From Candidatus Latescibacterota bacterium (lineage in GTDB: Bacteria; Latescibacterota; UBA2968): a stretch of 64,000 bases of DNA. Made by a program: the position numbers and the translations under genes. Shown here one piece after another: positions 20,532 to 30,942 of the stretch. The number at the start of each line of letters is the position of its first letter. Positions within the stretch are counted from its first letter, which is position 1. The stretch spans positions 5,824,001 through 5,888,000 of the forward strand of contig OZ242311.1 of assembly GCA_965207885.1 (NCBI GenBank), written 5' to 3'. The notes under the pieces are model-generated. The model was not told the origin of the DNA and searched no databases. It saw nothing but the letters and a program-made list of their open reading frames with translations.

Positions 20532-22308
20532 AAGCGAAGACAGCAAACCTTTAAGTATCTCAATGAGAAAATTTGAAGGTTTTCCAAAATTGTCATTAAT
20601 ATCATTACAACCGGATGTATGGCTTTTTCATTTGCCGACGGAAGTCGATTTTGACAATGAAATCCCTACAGGATTTTTCGAGCAAGATTTTGTCCCTTTC
20701 CAAGAAAAGCTACCAGAAGAAAGTGTGATTTGTTTTTTGACCCATCCCCATATCGCTTGCTATGTGATAGAAGAACTTCAGAATATTATCAATTTCAAAC
20801 TCTGGATTGCTGTTAAACGCAAGCAAACAATATTGAAACAAGGTGCTTTACCCGATGATCATGTTGCGCTTTTGGTTTTTACTAATTACAAGGGTTCTCT
20901 ACAACATAATAAAACTCAAATCGCATATACATATTGTCCTGACTGTGGCAAAACAACAAAGGACTATGGCGGGAAGAAGCATCTTTACAGCCCCTATGGA
21001 ACGCTGATGTCAGACATTTGGCGCGATATATCTTACGAGAATGATGGAGAACCGAATGCGATTCTGAATAGGCTAAAGGATCTGTTTGGACTTGAGCCTC
21101 ACAAACAAATTGTTTATTGTGATGGCAGAGATTTTTTTGAGTTTTCGACAAAAGAGAAGCGGTGTACAACTGGGACAGCAGTTCAAGTGAAACTGCCTCA
21201 CTCTTCAGGTGATGTTCTAAATGATCCCGGTGAGAGTCGTTTACTCAACGGAGATTGTCTGGATATCCTTAAAACCATACCTGAAAATTCCGTAGATTTT
21301 ATTTTTGCAGATCCTCCATATAATATCAAAAAGAAATACGACAGTTGGGATGATGCACAGGATATTACTGATTATTTTTCCTGGTGTGATCAATGGATCG
21401 CAGAATCGGCCAGAATATTGAAACCCGGTCGAACTTTTGCAATGATAAATATCCCGCTTTGGGTCGTTAGACATTTTTCTTTTGCGAAAAGGATTTTAGA
21501 TTATCAGGACTGGATAGTCTGGGAAGGATTGAGCTTACCTCTTAGAAAAATTATGCCTGCACATTATGGTATTATCTGCTTTAGCAAAGGTAAACCAATT
21601 GAAATTGCCAATCACGAACAGGAATCCAGTGGGGAAATCTTTCAGGAGAGTATGAGCCTTAAGCCCTGGTATTGTGTTAGGAGTACTTGTATTAAGAAAA
21701 GGAATGCAATCAAAATTACAGATCGACAATCCATTGGCAATTTGTGGTGGGATATTCACAGACTGAAACACAATTCAAAAAGGGTTGATCACCCGTGTCA
21801 GTTACCGCCCGCGTTGATGAAGCGGCTTATTCATACTTTTACCAGAGAAGGTGATCTCGTTTTGGACCCTTTCAATGGTGCAGGTACAACAACTTTGACT
21901 TCAGAGGTGCTTGGAAGGAAATTTATTGGTATTGAACTTTCGGCTACATATCACGCGATTGCCAATGAAAGACATCAGGATCTGAGAAAGGGTAAGGATC
22001 CGTTTGCAAAAAATGGGACAACGCCAAAGGCAAAAAATAGCAGAGTCGCTCGCTTACAAAAACAGAAATACGAGGTTCCCAAGAAAACCCTACAACTCGA
22101 GGTTAAAGAAATTGCCATCAGACTGGGACGGAGGCCCGATAGAGAGGATATTGTTAAATTCAGCAAATATCCCATTCGCTATTTTGACGAATATTTCATT
22201 GATTGGGGGGAAGTGTGTAGCGCAGTAGGTGATAAAGGTATGATCGATATCCCTTCCCCATCTTCATCAAACGCGCAGCAAACCGAACTGTCCTTTGGAG
22301 CGGATTGA
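20521..22308 (+). CDS. N6A/N4C DNA methyltransferase (beta class) with extra N- and C-terminal domains
   Basis: IFADPPY before HPCQ.P and VLDPFNGAGTT, then GIEL. Overlaps the REase stop. Confidence 0.9.
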   Translation: MAHRSEDSKPLSISMRKFEGFPKLSLISLQPDVWLFHLPTEVDFDNEIPTGFFEQDFVPFQEKLPEESVICFLTHPHIACYVIEELQNIINFKLWIAVKRKQTILKQGALPDDHVALLVFTNYKGSLQHNKTQIAYTYCPDCGKTTKDYGGKKHLYSPYGTLMSDIWRDISYENDGEPNAILNRLKDLFGLEPHKQIVYCDGRDFFEFSTKEKRCTTGTAVQVKLPHSSGDVLNDPGESRLLNGDCLDILKTIPENSVDFIFADPPYNIKKKYDSWDDAQDITDYFSWCDQWIAESARILKPGRTFAMINIPLWVVRHFSFAKRILDYQDWIVWEGLSLPLRKIMPAHYGIICFSKGKPIEIANHEQESSGEIFQESMSLKPWYCVRSTCIKKRNAIKITDRQSIGNLWWDIHRLKHNSKRVDHPCQLPPALMKRLIHTFTREGDLVLDPFNGAGTTTLTSEVLGRKFIGIELSATYHAIANERHQDLRKGKDPFAKNGTTPKAKNSRVARLQKQKYEVPKKTLQLEVKEIAIRLGRRPDREDIVKFSKYPIRYFDEYFIDWGEVCSAVGDKGMIDIPSPSSSNAQQTELSFGAD

Positions 22309-22383
22309 ATTTATCTACATGTAGATGAACTTTTGGCGGAGTTGTACACCCCTTACCTGGCATTGACCAGAGGAGGAACTGTT

Positions 22384-23478
22384 ATGAAGATCACGAGCGT
22401 TGATTTGACTCCCGTTGCGTCGAGGCGTGAGACTGGACATTTGTCTCGTCACGTTATTGTTCGCATTCACACTGATGAGGGATTGATCGGTCTGGGGGAG
22501 ATGTCCGATGTGAACGACTGGAGTGTTATGTACGATCTCAATGATGTCAAGGGTGCCTACGAGTCGTTGCTCGTGGGAAAGGATCCGCTGGCGTGGCGCA
22601 CGATTACCATTGAAGCGAGGTCCCGGTTCCGAATGGGTGGGGCGATTCGAGCGGGGTTTGAGATCGGTCTTTTCGATTTGGTCGGCAAGATTCAGGGGCA
22701 GTCGGTTGCGGGTGTGTTTGGCGGGGCGCTGAGGGATAAGTGGCGCGTGTGTTATCCGATTTTCAGGAATTATTCCCGGGAAGATGCCGAGGCGAATATT
22801 GCGCGTGTCAATCGCCGGATGAAAGAGGGTCAGGATCTGTTTCGGCTGTATCACGGCGGCAATGTGGAGGCGGATGAGATTTTTTTGGATGGGGTGAAGT
22901 CGTCCTGGGGCGATCAGTTTGTGTTGAAGTCGCTCGATTTTAGCGGCGCACACAAGTGGAAACGGGTTGTGCAGGCGCTGGATGTTTTGCTGAGGTACTA
23001 CAGGCCTTTCCATCTGGAATCGGTCTCTGACCGGAGAGATCTGGAGGGTCAATACGAGGTGCGAAAGCGCATTGATCTGCCCATCAGCGAGCACGTCAGT
23101 TCACTGGATCAAGCCTATCAGTTTGCCAGGCACCGGTATGTCGATATTTTTAATATCAGTTTGTCGGGCGCGGGGGGGTTCACAAATGCGCTGCATATCG
23201 CGCAGGTTGCCGATGCGGCTGGTCTGTCGTGTCTGGTGGGTACGACGCAGGAGCTGTCCATTGGCGTGGCGGCTCAGGCGACGTTTGGTTCTGTGGTGGA
23301 GAATCTCGATTATCCGGGCGATCCAACAGGTGGGTTGCTGTACGAGAGCGATGTGGTTAAGGAGCGCATACAATACGAGAAGGGTTATGTGATTTTGCCA
23401 GAAGGTCCGGGGTTGGGGATGGAACTGGATGAGGAGAAGGTCGCCGCGATTTCAGAGCCTTTGAGTTCTGTGTCTTAG
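22384..23478 (+). CDS. Mandelate racemase/muconate cycloisomerase (enolase superfamily) protein
   Basis: VRIHTDEGLIGLGE, GFEIGLFDLVGK, C-terminal PEGPGLGMELDE. AGGAGG SD. Confidence 0.85.
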   Translation: MKITSVDLTPVASRRETGHLSRHVIVRIHTDEGLIGLGEMSDVNDWSVMYDLNDVKGAYESLLVGKDPLAWRTITIEARSRFRMGGAIRAGFEIGLFDLVGKIQGQSVAGVFGGALRDKWRVCYPIFRNYSREDAEANIARVNRRMKEGQDLFRLYHGGNVEADEIFLDGVKSSWGDQFVLKSLDFSGAHKWKRVVQALDVLLRYYRPFHLESVSDRRDLEGQYEVRKRIDLPISEHVSSLDQAYQFARHRYVDIFNISLSGAGGFTNALHIAQVADAAGLSCLVGTTQELSIGVAAQATFGSVVENLDYPGDPTGGLLYESDVVKERIQYEKGYVILPEGPGLGMELDEEKVAAISEPLSSVS

Positions 23479-23491
23479 AATAGGGGGGCTT

Positions 23492-24271
23492 ATGCTGACG
23501 GAGCAAGAGGTTCACTATTTCAAGACGTTCGGATTTCTGATTCTTCGGCAGGTGTTTGATCAGGACGAGTTGATGACGATTAACGAGGAGTTCGAGCATG
23601 CTCTGACAGCGGCGTATCAACACGCGCCTTTTGACGGGACGCGCCGGCATTGGGTACCCATGCTGGGATCGGATACGCCCTTTTTCGCGGGTTTGCTGGA
23701 AGATCTCAGGTTTTGCAGGGTGGCAGAGCAGCTCTACGGGGAGGATGTGTTTGGCGTGGCTTGCGATGCCAATCGCTATGTGGGCGATACGCAGTGGCAT
23801 CCGGATACGCGGAGTCCCCACCAGTATGGCGTTAAGTTCGCTTTTTATCTCAAGCCAGTAGATGCACAAAGCGGCGCGTTGCGCGTGTTACCGGGTTCAC
23901 ATATATGTCCTTTTCACGATGAGTTGCGACAGGCGCGAGAAGCGTCTCGCCTGGATCTCGACGAGGTACCGGCTTTTGTGTGTGCGTCAGAGCCGGGAGA
24001 TGTGGTGGCTTTTGACCTGCGGCTCTGGCATGCGAGTCTTGGTGGTGGTGTTGATCGCCGGATGTGTACGGCTGTCTATTACAATAATCCCAGGACTGCT
24101 GAGGAAGAGCGCGTGACGCGGGAGCAGGGGAGGTCGAATGCGGATACTGCGGTCAGATTCGATCGCCCTGCAGAGCCGATCCATCCGCCGCACTGGCTGG
24201 CAAATGTCCACGGAAATCCGAGGCGCCAGCGCTGGATTGACCGAATGAGAGTGCTTGAGTTTTTAGATTAG
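23492..24271 (+). CDS. Phytanoyl-CoA dioxygenase (PhyH) family protein
   Basis: F..FGFLILR, WHPD, GALRVLPGSH, PGDVVAFDLRLWHAS…RR. Confidence 0.9.
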   Translation: MLTEQEVHYFKTFGFLILRQVFDQDELMTINEEFEHALTAAYQHAPFDGTRRHWVPMLGSDTPFFAGLLEDLRFCRVAEQLYGEDVFGVACDANRYVGDTQWHPDTRSPHQYGVKFAFYLKPVDAQSGALRVLPGSHICPFHDELRQAREASRLDLDEVPAFVCASEPGDVVAFDLRLWHASLGGGVDRRMCTAVYYNNPRTAEEERVTREQGRSNADTAVRFDRPAEPIHPPHWLANVHGNPRRQRWIDRMRVLEFLD

Positions 24272-24282
24272 GAGAGATTGCG

Positions 24283-25116
24283 ATGTCTCAAACAGCGGTC
24301 TGGTCCCCTGTTGAGGGTACTGTTGATGAGATTCTCGCGCAGGTTCCGCGGCCGTTCGATGCGATGATGGCGAGCGATATTCCCGCTGTTATCGTGCGTC
24401 GCGCGTTTCCGTCGGATCACTGTGCGGCTCTTATCGAGCGGTTTTACGAGCGCGGTTTGCTCTACGATCCGCGCAAGGTGGGTGATGGTAGTCCTCGGCG
24501 GGTCGATATCGGTACGAGTCTGGGTCACCACGGGAATGATCCAGATGCTTTTTACGAACATTCTCGTCAGACGCATGATCTTTTCTCGTATTTGTTTGAT
24601 GGGTATGAGGATCCCGTGAAGACGCTGTACGATGCGCTTGCCAGGATGCTGCCGGACAAGCGGGTTATGACGGCTCGGAGCGTTGATGGTCGCCTTTACG
24701 GTCCCTCTATTTTTAGAACTTATCACGAGGGTGTGGGGCATTACCCGCATTACGATTCCGTGTCCAAGCGTTCCAAGCGCTACAATTTCACAGTTTCCCG
24801 GTTCAGACATCAGTTTGCGGGTGTGCTGTGTTTTCAGAATAGTGAGGATCGAGGTGATAGCGGCGAGGGGGTCCTGTACAGGGCGCCTATGTCGCCGGAG
24901 TTTCAACGCCCCCTCGAGGAGAGGCGGTTTCGAGAATTCGCAGAGGAGGAGGGGATTGCGCGCGTGCAGGTCAATCTGGAGCCGGGCGATCTTTACTTTT
25001 TTTATTCGGAGACGATTCACGAAGTTCCTTTTGTCGCAGGCTCTCAGCCCCGCGTTGTGCTGGCGTCGTTTATCGGTATGTCTGAGGACGACCCAGAGGT
25101 TTATTTGTGGTCATGA
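24283..25116 (+). CDS. 2OG-Fe(II) oxygenase-like protein
   Basis: HYD…PGDLYFF…IHEV…R facial-triad pattern. Confidence 0.7.
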   Translation: MSQTAVWSPVEGTVDEILAQVPRPFDAMMASDIPAVIVRRAFPSDHCAALIERFYERGLLYDPRKVGDGSPRRVDIGTSLGHHGNDPDAFYEHSRQTHDLFSYLFDGYEDPVKTLYDALARMLPDKRVMTARSVDGRLYGPSIFRTYHEGVGHYPHYDSVSKRSKRYNFTVSRFRHQFAGVLCFQNSEDRGDSGEGVLYRAPMSPEFQRPLEERRFREFAEEEGIARVQVNLEPGDLYFFYSETIHEVPFVAGSQPRVVLASFIGMSEDDPEVYLWS

Positions 25117-25125
25117 GGTACGCCC

Positions 25126-25395
25126 ATGAAAACAGTTTCCCTACAAATCACATATCGCAAGGGCAAACCATTTGCTGCCTATATTTATCTCTCTCATCGG
25201 TGCGGACAGAAAAGTGTACGCACCGAAGCGATAACAGAAGACCTGCTCATAGACTACGCTCAAGATGGTACGCCTCTTGGAATTGAGATCGTCTCGCCCG
25301 GAATTGTGAGTATAGATGAGATACAGGGTGTCTTTGATCGTCTGGGGCTTGGCAGAGTGGAACCCGTAGAGTTGGAGCCGCTCAATGCAGCGTAA
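25126..25395 (+). CDS. DUF2283-family small protein
   Basis: AAYIYL…DLLIDYAQDGTPLGIEI motif. Confidence 0.75.
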   Translation: MKTVSLQITYRKGKPFAAYIYLSHRCGQKSVRTEAITEDLLIDYAQDGTPLGIEIVSPGIVSIDEIQGVFDRLGLGRVEPVELEPLNAA

Positions 25396-25439
25396 CTGTT
25401 TTGTCTCCAATGTTCTAAACTATCAATTGGATTTTTCCT

Positions 25440-26441
25440 ATGAATCAACCTCCCGAATCATTCGTTCACGTTTATGAAGATCGCCTTCTGGATTTTGCTG
25501 CGGCTTGTTTTGAAAAGGCGGGGCTTGAGACCGAGCACGCGCGGGTTATCAGCCGCCTGCTGGTCAATAGCGATCTGCGAGGTGTTCGCAGCCACGGTAC
25601 GCGGACTGTGAATGGCTATTGCAAGAGTTTTGAAAATGGGAGTCTCAATCCGCGTCCCAATGTGCGGGTGATCGGTGAGACGCCGACGTGTGCTGTTATT
25701 GATGGGGATGGTACGGTGGGGTATCTCCCAATGGTGCGCGCGGCAGAGCACGCGATTCGCAAAGCTCAAGAGTTGGGTATGGGCATGGGGCTGGCGCGGC
25801 ATGTGGGGCATATTGGTTCGGCGGGTCATTATGCGCGGATGTGTTCCGAGGCGGGGTGTATTGGTTTTTGCGTGCAGGGCAGGCAGCAGGGAAATGCAAA
25901 GAGGGATGGCAGGGGGCCGCTTCTCGGCTATTTTGGCAATCCTCCGATATGTTTTGCGATTCCCTCTGGGGATGAGCCTCCGATTGTTCTGGATGCGGCG
26001 ACCTGTATTTTGGCGGATTACCAGCGGGGTCCGGAGTTTGAGGCTTTGTTCGAGATGATTCCGGCGGCGTTTTTTAAGAGTATTGGGTACACGGCTGTGG
26101 CTTCGATTATGGGGGGTGGATTGGCGGGGACCGGTCTTCCGTCTTCTCATGAGATGAAGGAGAAATGGCCCTCGTCAGGTGCGGGTGGTTGTGTTCTTGC
26201 GATCCGCATTGATCAGGCAGTTTCCGAAGAGGATTTCCGGGCTGAGTCAGATCACATGGTGAGAACGGTGCGCGAGACGTACGAGCCGATGCCGGGAAAT
26301 GACCGCGCGTTGTTGCCGGGTGCGATTGAGGAAGAGCGCATGGCGCTCCATCGCACCGAGGGTATTCGCTATGGCGAGATGGAGCAGGAAAACGCACGCG
26401 AGGTTAGCGCGCGTCTGGGGGTTCCGCTGCCCTGGGATTGA
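25440..26441 (+). CDS. Ldh2 (malate/L-lactate/sulfolactate dehydrogenase) family oxidoreductase
   Basis: SDLRGVRSHG, IDGD…G, GHIGSAGHY, GNPPICFAIP, VLDAAT, LPG..E. Confidence 0.9.
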   Translation: MNQPPESFVHVYEDRLLDFAAACFEKAGLETEHARVISRLLVNSDLRGVRSHGTRTVNGYCKSFENGSLNPRPNVRVIGETPTCAVIDGDGTVGYLPMVRAAEHAIRKAQELGMGMGLARHVGHIGSAGHYARMCSEAGCIGFCVQGRQQGNAKRDGRGPLLGYFGNPPICFAIPSGDEPPIVLDAATCILADYQRGPEFEALFEMIPAAFFKSIGYTAVASIMGGGLAGTGLPSSHEMKEKWPSSGAGGCVLAIRIDQAVSEEDFRAESDHMVRTVRETYEPMPGNDRALLPGAIEEERMALHRTEGIRYGEMEQENAREVSARLGVPLPWD

Positions 26442-26462
26442 TGGGACAAAGGTCTAATAACT

Positions 26463-26497
26463 AAAGCCCTATAGCTTATTGCTCTGGGGCTTTTTTT
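26463..26497 (+). terminator. Intrinsic terminator
   Basis: AAAGCCCTATAGC-TTATT-GCTCTGGGGCTTTTTTT. Confidence 0.7.
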
Positions 26498-26620
26498 ATC
26501 GGGCTTTCAATAAAAAGCCGAATCATACACATTGACATTGAGAGAATCTCAACTTATTTTGGCATTCAAAGCACTATCGCAGTTATCAAGTGTATCTACT
26601 TCACAAATTGGAGGTTACCA

Positions 26621-27604
26621 ATGTATATCGGAACGCAGGTGGCTTGTCGGAACGACACGGATATCGAGATTCTCGCGCAACTCGGGGTTTTTAATGTCGA
26701 TCAAACACCAGAGGGACCCTGGGCGGAGTGGAGTGCCGATGCGATTAAGTCCATGCGCGATCGGTATGATAAATACGGCATTAATTTGGAGATGATTCAC
26801 ATTCCGCTGGGTTCAAGCAATGCTTTTCAAAACGAGGCTGGCGCAATTTTCCTGGGTCCAAGCAATGAGCGTGATCGCGCTATTGAGCGGATGTGCGAGA
26901 CGGTTAAAATGGCGGCGGAAGCGGGGTTGCGAGGGCTGAATTACAATATCACGATTTTGGGACATATGCGGACAGAGCCGCGATACGGACGCGGAGGTGC
27001 GCGGCTGTCGTCGTTTGAGTACGATAAGTTGGACCAGTCTCTGGGCGAGTTTGAAGGCGGTGCTGCGGATGAAGACGAGATGTGGGCGCGCATCGATCAC
27101 TGGTTGCAGAATATTATGCCCGTGGCGGAGGAGTACAAAATTCAGATGGCGTGTCATCCCTCGGATCCGGGTATCGGATATGGGACGACGTATCGAGGGG
27201 TCGCGCGCGTGCTCGGTATGGTGGATGGTTTTAAGAAGTTTATCGATTTGTACGATAGTCCGTATAATGGATTGAATTTTTGCCTGGGCTGTATGTCCGA
27301 GAGCCTGGAAGATCCCAGTGCGGACGCCTATGATGTGATCCGTTATTTTGGAGAGCGCAAGAAGATTTTCAATGTGCATTTCCGCAATATCAAGGGCGGG
27401 CTTGGCAATTTTGTCGAGGTGTTCCCCGATGAGGGCGATGTGGATATGCTGAAGGCTTTGCGGACGTTCAAAGAAGTCGGCTATGAATATATGATTATGC
27501 CCGATCACGTTCCGGGTATTTCCGGTCCCGAATCGAGGCAGGTCGGTTTTGCGTACACGTATGGATATATCCACGCGCTGATGCAAGCGGTTAATGAAGA
27601 GTAA
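26621..27604 (+). CDS. uxuA: Mannonate dehydratase family protein
   Basis: MPVAEEY.I.MACHPSDP, NGLNFCLG, VHFRN, EVFPDEGDVDM, MPDHVP. Confidence 0.85.
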   Translation: MYIGTQVACRNDTDIEILAQLGVFNVDQTPEGPWAEWSADAIKSMRDRYDKYGINLEMIHIPLGSSNAFQNEAGAIFLGPSNERDRAIERMCETVKMAAEAGLRGLNYNITILGHMRTEPRYGRGGARLSSFEYDKLDQSLGEFEGGAADEDEMWARIDHWLQNIMPVAEEYKIQMACHPSDPGIGYGTTYRGVARVLGMVDGFKKFIDLYDSPYNGLNFCLGCMSESLEDPSADAYDVIRYFGERKKIFNVHFRNIKGGLGNFVEVFPDEGDVDMLKALRTFKEVGYEYMIMPDHVPGISGPESRQVGFAYTYGYIHALMQAVNEE

Positions 27605-27606
27605 TC

Positions 27607-27661
27607 GTAGGGGACGGTTCCCGTATAGAGTCACTACGGGACAGGCTCCTGTGCCGTCCCC
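27607..27661 (+). repeat. GTAG-type REP-like palindrome
   Basis: GTAG followed by a GGGGACGG…CCGTCCCC outer stem and a TCCCGTA…TACGGGA inner stem, just after the uxuA stop. Confidence 0.55.
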
Positions 27662-27701
27662 AGCAATTCCCTTATTCAGTCCACCATCAATCCCAAATTC
27701 T

Positions 27702-29708
27702 ATGTCCGCATCTCCAGAACCGCGCCTTCCCAAATCAGAAACCGCTGAAGGCTCTTCCGTTATTACCAAACGATCCCTCCTGATTGGGCTGGGTATGGCC
27801 ATGCTTATGCCCCTGTGGCCGACCTATACCAGTTTTGTGGTGAATTCAACGCGGGCTGATCATTCGCATCTTTCGATGGCAATGCTCATCCCTTTCGTGG
27901 GGCTTCTGATTCTGAACGCTTTTCTCGAGCGGCGCGGTATCGGGTTTTCTCCGACGGAATTGCTCACGGTTTGCTGTATCGGTTTTGTCGCATCTACTAT
28001 GCAGGGCGAGTGGCTCACGGTGTGGTTTTTACAGATGCTGACGATGCCGGCGTATTACGCGTCGCCAGAAAACCGGTTCGATGAGCTTCTCTTGCCGTAC
28101 ATGCCGAGTTGGACGACGATTACCGACCGCGATGCGGTGCGCGGATTTTACGAGGGGCAAGTGCCCGGTGCAGCGTTTCCGTGGGGCGAGTGGTTTTCGG
28201 TGCTTTTCTGGTGGGGTGCGCTGATTGCGAGTATTTTGGCGATTCACCTGTGTCTGAGCGTTTTGCTGCGGAAACAGTGGATGGAATACGAGCGGCTGTC
28301 TTTTCCGGTCGCCACCGCGCTGCTGGAACTCACGGGTGTTTCCGGTACGACGGGTACGCTGAGGACGCTTGTGCGCAATCGCCTGTTTCAATGGGGGTTT
28401 GGCCTTACGTTTGCCATTATTGCGTGGAATGTGTTTACGTGGTTCACGGTCAATTTGCCGATGTTTCCGTTTTTGGCAGGGCGATATGGGCGGAATGTGA
28501 TTTCGGTTGCGCCGGGCTTTCCGAGTATTGTGACCACGTTTGTGTTGCTCACGTTTTGTCTGGGGTATTTTACCAAGCTGGAGGTGCTCTTCAGCCTGTG
28601 GTTTTTCCATGTGGTTCAGATCTGTGTGGTGGGGCTGTTCAACCGCTTTGGCCTGGATTTGGGTCCGAACGATCCGTGGAGTTCGAGCCATCCGGCGATT
28701 GGCTGGATGACATTTGGGGGGATGGCCGTTTTTGTCGGCTGGGGGTTCTGGATTGCGCGGTCTCATTTTCGAGATATTTTTCGCAAGGCGTTTTTGCGCG
28801 ATGAAAGTGTAGATGATTCCGAAGAGATTATGTCCTATCGCACGGCTGTCTGGCTTTTGCTGGCGTGTTGCGGTTTTGTTTTTCTCTGGCTTTGGCGCGC
28901 GGGTATGGGAGCGGAGACGATTCTCGCATGGTCATTTGCGATGCTCGTTTTGTTTGTGGGGATGTCCCGCATTGTGGTGGAGAGCGGTCTGGTCTATCTT
29001 CGGGTGCCTCTCACGGCGCCGGGGTTTACATGGCATGCCGTCGGCGTTGGGAATATGGGGCCTGCTGGCGCTTCTATTTTGACGCTTACGATGAGTCTCG
29101 TGGCGGATGGGAAGACGTTTGCGACGACGCAGATGGCGCATGTTCCGCGGTTGAGTATGGCGATGGCAAAGCGCAGTCGCAAAGCCGTGGCGCCGACTGT
29201 GCTCATCGGCTGTTTGCTCGGCGCGGCGGTGGTTATCATATTCGTCATATACCAGGGGTATTACGGTATTGGCAGTGCCAATTTTGGCCGGACGACTTTT
29301 AAGGGGATTGGATCTCTCAATGGGGCGGGTTTTAGCCGTCTGGCTGTGTCCCGAATTCAGGGCGATGTGCTGTTTACGGACTGGAATCGCTTTTTGTTTA
29401 TGGGTATTGGCGGCATTTTTACAGGTACGCTCTACTTTCTGCGGTATCGCTTCCCGGGCTTTCCGATCCATCCCATTGGTTTTACGATCTGTGGCATGGT
29501 CGAGATGCAGGATAATTCTTTTAGTATTTTCCTGATGTGGGGTGTGAAGACGATTATTATGAAGTTGGGTGGTTTGGAGCGCTATCGGCGCTATGCACCC
29601 TTTTTCCTGGGGATGATTATGGGCTATATCGCGGGTGTTTTTCTGGGTGTTTTTGTCGATGTTTTCTGGTTTCCCGGAGAGGGGCACGAGATTCATTGCG
29701 ATCCATGA
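27702..29708 (+). CDS. Large polytopic membrane protein (DUF6785/DUF6784-like), putative transporter
   Basis: About 15 TM segments. Motifs LLRKQWMEYERLSFP, RIVVESG, FPIHPIG and PFFLGMIMG. Confidence 0.7.
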   Translation: MSASPEPRLPKSETAEGSSVITKRSLLIGLGMAMLMPLWPTYTSFVVNSTRADHSHLSMAMLIPFVGLLILNAFLERRGIGFSPTELLTVCCIGFVASTMQGEWLTVWFLQMLTMPAYYASPENRFDELLLPYMPSWTTITDRDAVRGFYEGQVPGAAFPWGEWFSVLFWWGALIASILAIHLCLSVLLRKQWMEYERLSFPVATALLELTGVSGTTGTLRTLVRNRLFQWGFGLTFAIIAWNVFTWFTVNLPMFPFLAGRYGRNVISVAPGFPSIVTTFVLLTFCLGYFTKLEVLFSLWFFHVVQICVVGLFNRFGLDLGPNDPWSSSHPAIGWMTFGGMAVFVGWGFWIARSHFRDIFRKAFLRDESVDDSEEIMSYRTAVWLLLACCGFVFLWLWRAGMGAETILAWSFAMLVLFVGMSRIVVESGLVYLRVPLTAPGFTWHAVGVGNMGPAGASILTLTMSLVADGKTFATTQMAHVPRLSMAMAKRSRKAVAPTVLIGCLLGAAVVIIFVIYQGYYGIGSANFGRTTFKGIGSLNGAGFSRLAVSRIQGDVLFTDWNRFLFMGIGGIFTGTLYFLRYRFPGFPIHPIGFTICGMVEMQDNSFSIFLMWGVKTIIMKLGGLERYRRYAPFFLGMIMGYIAGVFLGVFVDVFWFPGEGHEIHCDP

Positions 29709-29723
29709 TCGCGGGGTGAGAGA

Positions 29724-30842
29724 ATGAAGATTACGGATGTCAAGACCTATACTGCTGGGCAGGATGGCAGAAATTTTTTGTTTTGCAGGGTTTTTACGGA
29801 TGAGGGGATCTATGGTGTGGGAGAGGCGACTGCATGGCCGAGTATTCAGACGGAGATTCACCACAAGGCGAGTTTGATTATTGGCGAGGATCCCTTTAAT
29901 ATCGAGCGGTTGTGGAGCAAGATGTTTTTGCAAACCCACGGGATGTCGGGCGTTGTGGGCGCGGGTGCGATTTCGGCTATTGAGACGGCGCTGTGGGATA
30001 TTAAGGGGAAGGCGTTTAATATGCCGGTCTGGCAATTGCTGGGCGGTCGGATGCGCGAGCGGTTGCGGGTGTACACGCATGCGAATACGGCTGAGAGCGC
30101 GCGGGAACTCGTGGATCAGGGCTTTACCGGTCTCAAGATGGGGGGGATTGAGCATTGTATTCGCGATATTACGGCGATACGCAATGAGGTAGGGGACGAT
30201 ATCGATATTATGGTCGATTTACACGGTATGCCGTGGATGACGACGCGCGATGCGATTTCTATGGGCCGGAGACTTGAAGAGTTCGGGGTGTTTTTTTACG
30301 AGGAACCAGTCGCGCCTGAGAATGTGGAGGCGCTTGCGCGCGTGTCCGAAGCGATCAATATCCCCCTTGCTGCCGGAGAACGGCTCGCCTATATCTACGG
30401 CGCTCGGGAGCTTATTGAGCGCGAGATTGTGGATGTTATCCAGCCGGATGCCGGGCGGTTCGGGGGTCTGGCTCAGATGAAGAAGCTCGCGGGTATGGCA
30501 GAGGCACACTATATCCAGTTTGCGCCGCACGATGGGTCGCTGGGTCCGGTGGGGGAGATCGCGTCTATCCATTTGTGTGCGACGCTGCCAAATTTTTTGA
30601 TCTGGGAGCACCGAACGGGCGATGTTCAAGCGCGGTATGAGGTGATGGCTCCGCAACCGGAAGTGGTCGATAGTTATATCGCAATTCCCGAGGGTCCGGG
30701 CCTGGGTGTTGATCTGGTGGATGAAGAGATCGAGAGATATGCGTGTGAGTTGCTGGGCGGGCGTTCGTCCTACGCAGAGGACAATACGTACGACAGTCAG
30801 TACGTCTATGCGCGATTTCCAAGAAAGCCGTGGTTGGGATAG
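29724..30842 (+). CDS. Galactonate-dehydratase-like enolase superfamily protein
   Basis: TDEGIYGVGE, SAIETALWDIKGK, MVDLHG, FYEEP, AAGER, QPD, APH, PEGPGLG. Confidence 0.9.
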   Translation: MKITDVKTYTAGQDGRNFLFCRVFTDEGIYGVGEATAWPSIQTEIHHKASLIIGEDPFNIERLWSKMFLQTHGMSGVVGAGAISAIETALWDIKGKAFNMPVWQLLGGRMRERLRVYTHANTAESARELVDQGFTGLKMGGIEHCIRDITAIRNEVGDDIDIMVDLHGMPWMTTRDAISMGRRLEEFGVFFYEEPVAPENVEALARVSEAINIPLAAGERLAYIYGARELIEREIVDVIQPDAGRFGGLAQMKKLAGMAEAHYIQFAPHDGSLGPVGEIASIHLCATLPNFLIWEHRTGDVQARYEVMAPQPEVVDSYIAIPEGPGLGVDLVDEEIERYACELLGGRSSYAEDNTYDSQYVYARFPRKPWLG

Positions 30843-30852
30843 CGAATCCATC

Positions 30853-30880
30853 TTGACAAAATAACATATTCAGGTAGATT
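30853..30880 (+). promoter_or_regulatory. Sigma70-like promoter
   Basis: TTGACA (30853-30858), 16 nt, TAGATT (30875-30880). Confidence 0.5.
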
Positions 30881-30886
30881 TCTTTT

Positions 30887-30942
30887 ACCACCCCAACGAT
30901 ACTATCGTTGGCTCGACGCCCCGAAAGGGGCGTTTCTTTTTT
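30887..30942 (+). ncRNA. Candidate ~55-nt small RNA (two hairpins, the second an intrinsic terminator)
   Basis: CCAACGAT-act-ATCGTTGG followed by ACGCCCC-GAAA-GGGGCGT-TTCTTTTTT, downstream of the promoter-like motif. No ORF. Confidence 0.35.
30916..30942 (+). terminator. Intrinsic terminator with GAAA tetraloop
   Basis: ACGCCCC GAAA GGGGCGT plus U-tract. Confidence 0.85.
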
